Assembly (NCBI RefSeq): GCF_006345805.1
Contig: NC_043008.1
Span: 20,274,001 to 20,338,000, forward strand
Direction: 5' to 3'
DNA length: 64,000 nt
From: Octopus sinensis
Lineage: Eukaryota
A model generated the notes under the pieces. It worked only from the letters and a program-made list of their open reading frames with translations, ran no database searches and was not told the origin of the DNA. A program made the position numbers and the translations under genes. Of this stretch, positions 41,311-53,460 are shown in pieces. Position 1 is the first letter of the stretch, and every line of letters starts with the position of its first letter.

Positions 41311-42391
41311 TTAGGTATCGTTTCTCTGTCTCATGAATCTTCTGACTTTTACTATTAACTGCAATATATAATGCAACCGTGTTATATAGCAAATTGTCAA
41401 ACACAACTTCTAAGTTATAGCTCTCACCGCGCATCTACCCATCATCTTTATTGAATTTCTCATAAATTTCAAATATTTATCATTATGATACAGAGAGGAT
41501 ATTATATTTATTTACATTGATTCTGCACCTACCCTTCATTCTTTATCTCTCTCTTTCTCTCTATCTCTCTCTCTTGCCTCTCCCTCACTAGCTTTAAGTT
41601 CCATTGTCTCACCGTCTCCTTAACATCCCCTCCTTCCGTCTCTTTCTCTCTCTCTCGCCCTCTCTCTGTCTCCCTTGTTCTCACGTTGTTTCCCTCTTCG
41701 TACGCTGTTATGCTCACTTTCTTCTATTTGTTTGACTTGGAATAAAGTTTAACAGAGAAAATAGAATAAATCATTCCTCGTAGATTACGGACATTGAATT
41801 CTAAATTCAAGTTTTATGTCTGACTTGTCCGTATCAGTCATGCTTTGGTCTTTGTATCTATTTATGTTGCTATATCATTTCTTTTACCCTTGCAGAAATC
41901 TTTCTCGTAATCCCATTACTTTTCGTTTTACTTCCTTACCCTCTCTCATCTTCAAAATTTACATCTTATACCAAGGCAATGCAGACAAACACACATACAC
42001 AAAGGTACACGCACGCACACACATATACACACACACACACTCACATACACACGACACACGTTCACGCATACACAAGCAGATACACGTAAAAACGTCTTTA
42101 TACCCAACTGACAACCATGAAATTCATATAAAATTAGTTACGCCAGTGAAAGTAAGACGTTTTTTGTGGGGGTATATGTTTTTTACTAAATTTAAGTATT
42201 TCTCTTTTTAGACATATTTATATAAGTACATTGGCTATTTATCTTTTTCTGTATTCATTATATTTCTTACCGTCCACCCTCATAATAATGGATCGAACGA
42301 TCGAACCTTCAGTTCATCCATTCATCTATCCATATTCATCCATAATTCCATCCATCCATCAATCCATATTCATCCATAATTCCATCCATCC

Positions 42392-42452
<61 letters not shown>

Positions 42453-44922
42453 CCTATCTATCTATCTTCATATCTATCTATCTACTTATTATCCACCTCT
42501 CTCTCCCTCTCAAACTTTCTGTGTCCTCTTGAAGAACATCTGTGTCTTCTTGAAGCACATCTGCTCATTTCAGTATCCAAAATTTGTATGTAGACGTTAT
42601 ATTTGTGTGAGGTATGCATGAGCTTTGAAAATACTCTAAGATACTTACTGGAGCGTGATAATATTGAAGTGGGAGAGTGTAAATTTTGGGGATATTATTT
42701 ATGCAACATGTATTTCATTAGCTAATAAAAGTTATAAAATTGCACACGTCGTAGAACACATATAAGATATTGCTTTTGCACAGAGAATCACATAAAACAA
42801 AATTTCCATTTTGATGTAGTGGAAAGTATAGACGCACTAGTTTGTAACTCCTATTAGCTAATGAAACGCACGTAATGTAGAATAAATATCCATTAATTTT
42901 CCACTATGCTCTTTTTTCTACAGACAAACACACACACACATTCACACACAAACATACATACATTACCCACATACATAGTATCTGATATATTTTGAGGCAA
43001 GGTTAAAACTAGTTTCTATTGGTCAAATATTTTATTTCAAATTTATCGTCCAATATTTATAACCTATTTTGCCGTAGAACCTCGTTTTCTTTAGAGAAGA
43101 TTATTTAGACAATCCAAGTTAGTCAAGAACAGGTATAGTAAATTTTCCTTTTATTTAATGAAATTCAAGCGACTATAAATTCGTGGATCTGAACAAAAAG
43201 TCAAAAAGTGACTATGTCTTGAAAATATTTCACTTCACGCCGTTAAGGACAACCGTAAATGGTTTATCTTTTGTGAATTCGTGATAAATAATTCTATGAT
43301 TTTAAGAGACGGTTATGTATTATTATGATTTGTACTTTCCCCAGGGACATTCATACTAGATAAACAAAAATAACTTTAATAAAGATCAAATAATTTTAGC
43401 TGTGTAGAAAACTGCATCAAAGTGGCTTCTTGCCAGAAGCTTGTCTCTTTTTGCACTGCGTTCGTCGTCTTAGTAGATAATTATAGCTACAGAAGTTCCA
43501 TTTAAAAATACGCCGTTGAGCTTCGATATTACTCCACACCAAACTCTTGCCCTGGCATATATCTGAAAAAAAAGTATTTTTTTTTATTTCTGTAGTAAGC
43601 TATTCAAACTGCATTGGTGATTAACTGCCGTTGGCAGGGCACATACATTACTGAATCTTAATGCATGTTTTCACCGAAAGAAACATTTAAATGCAGGCAG
43701 CAAAGAAGATATTTCAATTAATGTTTGGAGATTATAGATCCAAAGTATGTCCATTACCTCTGTATATACGTGAGTGTCTCACTAAGCGTATGTATGTACC
43801 GTATTATTCATAAAAATATTCCGATCCCAGCAATAACTGAAGGCATTTCAACGTTTTGATTTATAAATGTAGAGAAGAAATGAAAGAACAGTAAATTGAT
43901 TCACACTTTCAGTGTTGGCAATTTATTTTAGGAGTATTTTTTTCCTTGATTTATCATACAGAACGATGGATGGCATAAATTTAAAGTAACCTTCCAATCT
44001 GCAAATTTCTGACACTCTGTTCTGACTCTCACGTTTTCGGTATTTCATCTCTAAGCTGATAAACCTCTTTAGAAAGACATGAACAGCACTTATTCAATTT
44101 CAATTTCACTCTCTACTAAGTTGCAACAGTTGAGAACTACTTGTTATATTTTGTGTTATAGCAAGGGAATGGTGCTGAGTTAGGTATAACGTTTTATTGC
44201 TCCTTATATGTCCAGGTGTAATTAACTTCAACGAATTGATTTTACCCATTTCATGTAAAATTTGCTATAAAAGCAATGATAGGATTTCGGAATATATGCC
44301 TTTTATGATTAGAATTTTAATTCTCTACTCATAGAATTTATGTTGTGCTATAGTTGCATTTGACTTTCAACACGCTCTTTGGCACGTATGTAAATGTGAT
44401 ATAATGGAGTTTAGAATGATTTTTAACATTTCAGTTTACGGATGTACAAATGTACGACTAATTATTTTATATCGCATCGACGTTAGGGGATCGGTAAATT
44501 TTAATTACTGTCACAATGGAGTTTTATATATATATATATATATAATTAATCAATATAGGGTGGCAAAAAAATTTTGTAGAATTCTTTTTGCCACCAGCGG
44601 CCTAGTGGGAAAAAATTAAATAGTCATAGACCATTTTTAAGTTCAACATCAACAATCAAGGAACGGCCATGATAGGCCATTCACCCACTAGAAATAACAG
44701 CCAAAACTTCAACCGCAAATAAAGATTAATTCCGTAAACAGGAGAAAATTTAAAAAACATTTACCCTGTAATTTCTTGTACGATGCACCGTTTCATCTGC
44801 TGTTTAATGGTAAACTAACCTGATTAAATTAAATCAAGCCAATCTTCCATAGGCCCTCAGATTCTTCAGCAAGAAATAGCCAAGTCGGAACAGATATTTT
44901 CACGAGGCATTTCCGATTGTTG

Positions 44923-44953
<31 letters not shown>

Positions 44954-45177
44954 ACAGGGTGGAAAAATTTTAGAAATATTTCTACAAGTGGCTAGCATGT
45001 ATAAAATAGTCAATAAACAGCATATTTTTCATATAATATTATAAAGGGAAGGAAAAATAAAAACATTTACAATATTTACCTCCCAGAAATTGCTCTTAAC
45101 TGTAGGATGGACGGTAATTGTTCCTTCTAGCATGTAAGGTGTCCTGTTAGGGTCCCCTCTTGTGTGTTTAAATGTAC

Positions 45178-47369
45178 ACCTCCGCTCTAACCCTGTACCT
45201 GACACCTCCACACTCATTCGTCTGGCCGAACTTGTCCTTACTCTGAACTGCTTCTCGTTCGCGGGCGAGTTCTACCATCAGGTCTCGGGAGTGGCCATGG
45301 GAACGCGAATGGGCCCCAACTATGCGAACCTGTTCGTTGGCTATGTTGAGGCCCAAATATTCTCTACTTTCACTGGTCCCACTCCTGAACTATATGGTCG
45401 TTATATTGACGACATTATCGGTGCCACCTCACTCTCCCGCGAACATCTAGATTCCTTCCTCTCTTTCGTCCAATCTTTCCATCCAGCCCTCCACTTCACT
45501 TCCACTATCTCCAACACCTCTGTCTCCTTCCTCGACATTTCGGTTAGCATTCTTGACTCCACTCTTACCACCTCCATTCACTAAAAACACACAGACTCAC
45601 ACTCATACCTCAACTTCTCTTCCTCCCACCAGAACACACCAAGCTTTCCATCCCCTATTCCCAATTCCTCCGTCTACGTAGGCTCTGTAGTGACGACCAT
45701 GACTTGAGACTCAGTCTCAACGTATGGCTCACCACTTCACCCTACGTGGATACCCCCTCACCACTATCCACACCGCCCTTGCCAGAGCACGGTCCGTGGA
45801 CCGTGTATCTGCTCTCTCTCCCCGAACCCGCCTGTAGTCTCCCGCCTCCCTTTTCCCCTCACTTACCACCCCACGACCCTACGTCTCCAACGCACCATTC
45901 TTCGAGCTTTCCGTCGTCTCCAGTCCGACCCGTCCACTTCACACCTCTTCCCTAACCGACCCCTCCCCTCTTTCAAACGAGCCCACAACCTTCGAGACCT
46001 TTTGGTCCATAGCTCCTTCCCTGACCCTACCTCCCAACCCGGCTCGTTCCCTGCTCCCGCCCACGTTGCCGCACTTGCCCTTACCTCTCCAACACCACCC
46101 GCCTCACTAGCACCCACCATCGACCCTATCCCATCATCCACTCCTTCACCTGCACCTCCAGCAATATTATCTATTGCATCTCTTGCTCTCTCTGCAATTC
46201 CTTGTACATCGGACAAACGGGACGCCGCTTGGCTGACCGGTTCGCGGAACACCTTGCGAACGACACACCGGTCTCACGCCATTTCCGCTCCACCGGTCAC
46301 TCCTTGCAACACCTATCTGTGTTCGGTTTGTCCTTACACAGAGGCCATCCGGATTCCCGTTTGCGCCGTGAACAGGAATTAATCTTCTCTCTTCGCTCTT
46401 ATACGCCATTTGGTCTCAACTCTCCCCCCCTCCTAACTAACCCCCTCTCCCCCTCCTCACCTATCCTTTCTCCCCCCGACCCCCACTTCTTCAGTCCTTC
46501 ATCCTTTCACCCCTACTCCCCTTCCCTTCTTCCCTCTTCTCCCTCCCTCTTCCTCTTCCCTCTGCTCCCTCACTCCTCTCTCCCCTTCTCTCTCCCCCTC
46601 TCCCTCTTTCCTCCTCATCCCTCCCTCCCCTTCCTTCTCCCCATCCTCCTCTTCACCCTCCCCTCCCCCTCTTCTTCCCCTCCCCTTCTCCCCTCCCCCT
46701 CTTCTCCTCACTACACCACATGACTTTACACATCACATCACATATGATGTGCCATACTAATACACACACCAACTAATACATACTAATACGTACTAATACA
46801 TACTAGTACATACTAATACTTACACCAACCCTATACATACACACGTCCAGACCCCGCATACGCACTTATACTCTCTCACACACACACACACACCTATACA
46901 TACCAATACGTACTAATACATACTAATACATACACCAACCCCATACATACGCACGTCCAGACCAATCCCACGCACTGATACTCTCTCATACACACACACA
47001 CACACACACACACCCTTATACATACTAATACATACACCAACCCTATACATACACATCCAGACCCCTCCCACGCACTTTTAGCTGGTCCCTCAACCCTATT
47101 ATCTCCCCTTATTTCGCTCTCGCGTCTCATGTTTGATCTTTGACCTCTGGCCGAAATCAGATCGCCATGTTGATTCGTTAGCTACTGCACGCATTTTTTT
47201 CTCTCCTTCTTTCTGTGTTTTTCTCTCTCTGTGTATCTTTCTGTTGAAGAGCGTAGGCTCGAAACGTTAAAGACTTGTTTTATTTATATTTCCTGAGCGC
47301 CATACTAATACAATTGTTCGTTTGTTTTCCACCTGCCTTCGTCTTTTGTTTATTTTCATAAAGCTTCCC

Positions 47370-47370
<1 letters not shown>
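45178..47370 (+). mobile_element. Penelope-like retroelement (Neptune-type), copy 1, 5'-truncated and frameshifted
   Basis: Near-identical to 49913-52254. RT GVAMGT/RYIDD, GIY-YIG YIGQTGR and C-terminal RLRREQELIFSLRSYTPFGLN. 3' end in (TA)n. Confidence 0.93.
47236..47273 (+). ncRNA. Minimal hammerhead ribozyme-like motif (CUGUUGA core) in PLE 3' repeat
   Basis: TCTTT-CTGTTGA-A-GAGC-GTAG-GCTC-GAAA-CGTT-AAAGA, with palindromic AACGTT as stem III. Confidence 0.65.
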
Positions 47371-47446
<76 letters not shown>

Positions 47447-49014
47447 GAGAGACAAAGAGAGGGAGGATTAAAATTATGCAGTTATGTTCTTTTTTGTCAA
47501 CTGATGCTGTAGTAATTTGTTAATTAGTATTTTTACCAGCAACATAACGATATATATGTTACAGACTAAACTATGTGCATACGATATAGACCATGGAAAA
47601 TCATCTGTGGTTAAGAGGTTAGTTATATTGGAGTAAAGTCTTGCTCTATGTTTTGATATGATTAAATACACTTTATTCAGGTTCCAACTGCCTTTGGAAT
47701 AGTTGCATATTTCATAAGGCTCTTCGATGAATTGATGGGTAATATTTCTCTGTTAAGCATGTAAAGACGCATACGTCAACCATTTCTTCACACACGTGTG
47801 TGTGAAAGAGAGAGCTGAGCATATGAGTGTGTATGCGTGTAGGTTACAGTCAGCCGATATAATAGGAATTGAGGATACTGATCGAAATGGATTGGCATTA
47901 AATGATATCCTTCTCCTGGATAATATTAGTCATATTTTTAAACACAGGTCTTCCAATAAGGAAAGTTACTGGTAGCTATAAAGGCCTAATTTAATTAGTC
48001 TCAACCTTCAAATGCTTGTGCAGTTATAACTTTAAATGCATTTAAAGTTCTCCTGACACTCTGTCGTTAACTAGCTTTATATAGCAATCGTAGGATTTAA
48101 CGACACGCGCCTGATGTTGTTGAAGATAATTGTCTTTCCTTTATAACAAAGTTCTCTTATCGTATTATCTTACATTAAGTAAAGTACTGATATGGTATTT
48201 TCCTTCTGCATGTTTATGGCCATCGTGTGGTCAGTAGTAAGAGAGAACAATTAGCTGGCGAAGCTGTACAATTTTCAATTACATATAGCGGATAATTTCA
48301 TATAGTCTGTATGCATTAACGCGTGTAAACGTGAGATGGACTTACTAATCCATTTGTATATAATCCCATATGAACAAAGTTTCTCACAAATGAATTATGC
48401 CTTTGATGGAGCAGTGTACAGTAATTTATCTGACTATCATTTACTGCAAGAAACAGCATTTTGATCGATAAATTGAGCGGATGTACTTTATCCGACAGAG
48501 AATATTATAATAATTAGATTAACAGTTAAAGGAAAGTTACACGAGTTAATCCTTTGCTTGTTTATTTCACACGTTTCTAACATCAAAAATTATCGGTCAT
48601 TTTCGACCATTCAAGCGTAAGTTTTGTGTATGAGTTCTACAAATGTTCGTACGACTAGAAAAGTTATATGAAGTAAGTTTAAATTTGATTCCTTTTGTCA
48701 TAAATAATCGATTCATTGTGATTGATCAAATGATTGCAAATAAATCTGTATTTCCTATTCAAACGAGATAAATGTTATGCAATATTCAAATATACTTCAA
48801 ATCGATTTCTGGAAACTTCTTACATATGAGATCATGTGATTTGTTTCTTCTCTATTAACATGCTTCATAGCATTAACAACATATTATTTCGTATCATTAA
48901 TTACTTCTTCGAGTTACTGTGTGTCCAAATCTATAAAGGAAAAACCTCTATAAACATGTATCTCTAATTTATTTCGTCTTGGTCACTATTGTAAATATAT
49001 TTATATGTAAATAA

Positions 49015-51135
49015 ATGTTGAAAATAAGAGCTTTCATATGTATGCTCAAAGCGTATCCTGTAAACGAACTTAAGATCACGCAAACACGCACACACATACG
49101 TATACACATACAAATATATGTGTATAAATATCACAGCTTTGTGCGCCGTGTCCGGTTGGGTGCGCATTACCACGACTCGCCACCCACACCCAACGAAGAG
49201 GACTGCTTCACTGGCCTGGGCCGCCGACCATCCCCGTGGACGCCTGCCCCTGGCCAGATCCTAGCAGTGGATCTTTTCGCGGGCGCTTGTCAGCGTGCAT
49301 TGGAGCAGTTCAACTTCTCCAGGCGCCAACGCCGCCTCAACATCTCCCCGGCTGAGCTCTTGGCTCTTCGTTCCCTCCAACGGCGCGCTGACATTATCAT
49401 CAAACCGGCTGACAAGGGTGGAGCTGTAGTGGTGTGGCGCGCGGACCTCTATAGGGCCGAGGCTTTCCGCCAACTCAATGACACCTCCTTCTATTCCCCT
49501 CTGCCCTCTAACCCCACACGTAGCTACCAACAGACGGTATCCTCTACTGTCCGCGACCTCATCTCGTCCTCCCGTCTCCCACGCACCGCATCCAACCTAA
49601 TTGTGCGAACCCCACGTACCCCCACCATTTACTTCCTCCCCAAAATCCACAAACCCAACAACCCTGGCCGCCCCATCGTCTCCGCCTGTAACTGCCCCAC
49701 GGATCTCATCTCTAAATACCTCGACCGTGTCCTTGCCTCCCTAGTGGCATCTCTTCCCTCCCACATCCACGATACCAACCATGCTCTCCGGCTTTTCAAC
49801 TCTTTCTCCTTTCCTCCCGGCTCCTCCAAAATCCTTTTTACTATGGACATCCAAAGCCTCTATACTGTTATCCCTCACCACGAAGGACTGCAGGCCCTTC
49901 GACACTTTCTTGACCTCCGCTCTAACCCTGTACCTGACACCTCCACACTCATTCGTCTGGCCGAACTTGTCCTTACTCTGAATTGCTTCTCGTTCGCGGG
50001 CGAGTTCTACCATAAGTTCTCGGGTGTGGCCATGGGAACGCGAATGGGCCCCAACTATGCGAACCTGTTCGTTGGCTACGTTGAGGCCCAAATATTCTCT
50101 AATTTCACTGGTCCCACTCCTGAACTATATGGTCGTTACATTGACGACATTATCGGTGCCATCTCACTCTCCCGTGAACATCTAGAATCCTTCCTCTCTT
50201 TCGTCCAATCTTTCCATCCAGCCCTCCACTTCACTTCCACTATCTCCAACACCTCTGTCTCCTTCCTCGACATTTCGGTTAGCATTCTTCACTCCACTCT
50301 TACCACCTCCATTCACTACAAACACACAGACTCACACTCATACCTCAACTTCTCTTCCTCCCACCCAGAACACACCAAGCTTTCCATCCCCTATTCCCAA
50401 TTCCTCCGTCTACGTAGGCTCTGTAGTGACGACCATGACTTTGAGACTCAGTCTCAACGTATGGCTCACCACTTCACCCTACGTAGATACCCCCTCACCA
50501 CTATCCACACCGCCCTTGGCAGAGCACGGTCCATGGACCGTGTATCTGCTCTCTCTTTCCGAACCCGCCCTGTAGTCTCCCGCCTCCCTTTTCCCCTCAC
50601 TTACCACCCCACGACCCTACGTCTCCAACGCACCATTCTTCGAGCTTTCCGTCATCTCCAGTCCGACCCGTCCACTTCACACCTCTTCTCTAACCGACCC
50701 CTCCCCTCTTTCAAACGAGCCCACAACCTTCGAGACCTTTTGGTCCATAGCTCCTTCCCTGACCCTACCTCCCAACCCGGCTCGTTCCCCTGCTCCCGCC
50801 CACGTTGCCGCACTTGCCCTTACCTCTCCAACACCACCCGCCTCACTAGCACCCCCCATCGACCCTATCCCATCATCCACTCCTTCACCTGCACCTCCAG
50901 CAATATTATCTATTGCGTCTCTTGCTCTCTCTGCAATTCCTTGTACATCGGACAAACGGGACGCCGCTTGGCTGACCGGTTCGCGGAACACCTTCGTGAC
51001 ATCCACCTTGCGAACGACACACCGGTCTCACGCCATTTCCGCTCCACCGGTCACTCCTTGCAACACCTATCTGTGTTCGGTTTGTCCTTACACAGAGGCC
51101 ATCCGGATTCCGTTTGCGCCGTGAACAGGAATTAA
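49015..51135 (+). CDS. PLE reverse transcriptase + GIY-YIG endonuclease (first ~40 aa are flanking DNA; true start missing)
   Basis: FVRRVRL, IIKPADKGGAVVV, YFLPKIHK..PGRPIVS, FTMDIQSLY, GVAMGT, RYIDD, FLD, Cys linker CSRPRCRTC, and NIIYCVSCSLCNSLYIGQTGR. A 1-nt deletion near 51108 removes the last ~20 aa that copy 1 retains. Confidence 0.93.
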   Translation: MLKIRAFICMLKAYPVNELKITQTRTHIRIHIQIYVYKYHSFVRRVRLGAHYHDSPPTPNEEDCFTGLGRRPSPWTPAPGQILAVDLFAGACQRALEQFNFSRRQRRLNISPAELLALRSLQRRADIIIKPADKGGAVVVWRADLYRAEAFRQLNDTSFYSPLPSNPTRSYQQTVSSTVRDLISSSRLPRTASNLIVRTPRTPTIYFLPKIHKPNNPGRPIVSACNCPTDLISKYLDRVLASLVASLPSHIHDTNHALRLFNSFSFPPGSSKILFTMDIQSLYTVIPHHEGLQALRHFLDLRSNPVPDTSTLIRLAELVLTLNCFSFAGEFYHKFSGVAMGTRMGPNYANLFVGYVEAQIFSNFTGPTPELYGRYIDDIIGAISLSREHLESFLSFVQSFHPALHFTSTISNTSVSFLDISVSILHSTLTTSIHYKHTDSHSYLNFSSSHPEHTKLSIPYSQFLRLRRLCSDDHDFETQSQRMAHHFTLRRYPLTTIHTALGRARSMDRVSALSFRTRPVVSRLPFPLTYHPTTLRLQRTILRAFRHLQSDPSTSHLFSNRPLPSFKRAHNLRDLLVHSSFPDPTSQPGSFPCSRPRCRTCPYLSNTTRLTSTPHRPYPIIHSFTCTSSNIIYCVSCSLCNSLYIGQTGRRLADRFAEHLRDIHLANDTPVSRHFRSTGHSLQHLSVFGLSLHRGHPDSVCAVNRN

Positions 51136-51169
51136 TCTTCTCTCTTCGCTCTTATACGCCATTTGGTCT

Positions 51170-51960
51170 CATCTCCCCCCTCCTCATCTAACCCCCTCTC
51201 CCCCTCCTCACCTATCCTTCCCCCCGACCCCTACTTCTTCAGTCCTTCATCCTTTCACCCCTACTCCCCTTCCCTTCTTCCCTCTTTCTCCCTCCCTCCT
51301 TCCCTCTTCCCCTCCCTCTGCTCCCTCACTCCCCTTCTCTCTCCCCCCCTTTCCTCCTTCCTCCCCCTCCTCCTACCCTTCTTTCTCCTCCTCCCCTTCA
51401 TTCTCCCCCCCTCTCCTCTTCCCCCCTCTCATCTCCCCCTCTTCCCCCCTCTTCCCCCCTCTTCCCCCCTCTTCCCCCTCTCCCCCTATTCTTCCCCTCC
51501 CTTTACCCCCTTCTCCCCCTCTTCTACCCCCCCCTACCCCCTTCCCCTCACTACACCACACGACTTTACACATCACATCATATATGATGTGCCATACTAA
51601 TACATACACCAACTAATACATACTAATACGTACTAATACATACTAATACATACTAATACATACACCAACCCTATACATACACACGTCCAGACCCCTCATA
51701 CGCACTTATACTCTCTCATACACACACACACTTATACATACTAATACGTACTAATACATACTAATACATACTAATACATACACCAACCCCATACATACGC
51801 ATGTCCAGACCTATCCTACGCACTAATACTCTCTCATACACACACACACACACACACACACCCTTATACATACTAATACATACTAATACATACTAATACA
51901 TACACCAACCCTATACATACACACGTCCAGACCCCTCCTACGCACTAATAGGTGGTCATT
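51170..51960 (+). repeat. PLE-internal polypyrimidine tract followed by ~110-bp tandem repeats (also 46420-47080)
   Basis: Almost pure C/T over 51170-51550, then units containing (tactaataca)n and caccaaccctatacatacacacgtccagaccc. Confidence 0.85.
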
Positions 51961-52119
51961 CAACCCTATTATCAACCCTATTATCTCCCCTTATTTCGCT
52001 CTCGCGTCTCATGTTTGATCTTTGACTTCTGGCCGAAATCAGATCGCCATGTTGATTCGTTAGTTACTGCACGCATTTTTTTTCTCTCCTTCTTTCTGTG
52101 TTTTTTTTCTCTCTTTGTA

Positions 52120-52157
52120 TCTTTCTGTTGAAGAGCGTAGGCTCGAAACGTTAAAGA
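52120..52157 (+). ncRNA. Minimal hammerhead ribozyme-like motif (CUGUUGA core)
   Basis: Identical to 47236-47273. Confidence 0.65.
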
Positions 52158-52255
52158 CTTGTTTTATTTATATTTCCTGAGCGCCATACTAATACAATTG
52201 TTTGTTTGTTTTCCACCTGCCTTCGTCTTTTGTCTATTTTCATAAAGCTTCCCGT

Positions 52256-52314
<59 letters not shown>

Positions 52315-52360
52315 ATGTATGTATGTATGCATGTGTGTGTATGTATGTATGCATGTATGT

Positions 52361-52905
52361 CAGGTCACTTATCAATGTTACTGGTAACATGGAATCCCGT
52401 ACAACCTGTTGTATGGTCGGGTTGTCGGGTTTCTAGCAACCCCACCAGGCTACCCTGGTAAGGAGGGTAGCTAGAAACCCAGCAGGATTAAAAATAAGAC
52501 CTGTTGAAAGGGCGGATGAGCCTAGTGCAGGCTCAACTCTAATCTAGCAATAGCACGAGTACGCTGAAATTCCGGGATGGTGTCCGGCATGCAAGAAGAC
52601 CATTGGGAGTGAGATACTCCTCAGTTTCTGCTGAAGCATGTCTCTAGGAGAAGGTCACTCTGATATAATACCAGATATGCAGGGAATGGTATTGGACATT
52701 TTGGGTATCTTTGGTTTGTGCTAAAGATCATGGCGCTCCTATATCCCTGAGCCTACGACTCATATTGACACCAGACATCTCGCTCTGGCTTATGGATAAT
52801 CTCGCTCTGGATAATGTCATTACAGCGGAGAGGGTGTATGAGGTGTCGTGCAAGCTTTATTGGACCTAAAACTCTGCACAGGCATTGTCGACTTCTGCTC
52901 GATAT
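52361..52905 (+). mobile_element. GC-richer structured repeat, possibly RTE-type 5' UTR or non-autonomous derivative
   Basis: Long hairpin 52427-52480, hairpin 52517-52535, and a ggagaaggtcactctgat motif reminiscent of RTE 5' regions. No ORF. Confidence 0.4.
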
Positions 52906-52928
52906 GTACTGCTTTTTTTCTTCTCTCC

Positions 52929-53011
<83 letters not shown>

Positions 53012-53058
53012 GTATATGTGTATGTATGTATGTATGTATGTATATATGTATGTATGCA

Positions 53059-53094
<36 letters not shown>

Positions 53095-53244
53095 TGTATG
53101 TATAAAATAATGTGTGTATACTGTTTTGTCAAAAGAAATGACTTGATGCAATCGATGGAATTGAACCCATCTATTATTTTGCATGGTTATAGCAAGGATT
53201 CTATATTAATCAAAAAGCGTAACAAATGCGTCTGATAGGAAGGA

Positions 53245-53460
53245 ATGTCTATCGACTATCGCGGTTGTTATGTTTCAAAAATCCTGGAATAGGGTAAAAT
53301 CCGCGAAGTAGAAAAAGTACTGTACTGTATATATTTTTTTAAATTATTTTTATAATGTGTATATATTTATTTTATTATAAATGCAAACAACACCACGAAA
53401 GAATCGACGTAAGCTTAAATAATAAACTGCAATAGGCTCACCTGCGACATGGCGAGAGAT
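53245..53460. mobile_element. Possible pogo-type MITE remnant
   Basis: tcgactatcgcggttgttatgtttcaa resembles the left end of the 13517 MITE. Confidence 0.35.

Larger units (their letters stand above)
49132..52254 (+). mobile_element. Penelope-like retroelement (Neptune-type), copy 2
   Basis: Long RT+GIY-YIG ORF, C/T-rich tract, tandem repeats, hammerhead-like motif, and 3' end in (TA)n/(GT)n. Confidence 0.95.

Noticed and set aside
42670-42912. Degenerate inverted repeat around tttcattagctaat / attagctaatgaaa
   Set aside because: Too decayed to classify; ends and TSD are not definable.
44553-45030. Two degenerate TA(C/T)AGGGTGG-starting segments resembling Tc1/mariner TIRs
   Set aside because: They are in the same orientation with low similarity and no matching opposite end.
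49015-49131. N-terminus of the 706-aa ORF as a real start or host fusion
   Set aside because: AT/CA-rich flank that happens to be open; element similarity begins near FVRRVRL.
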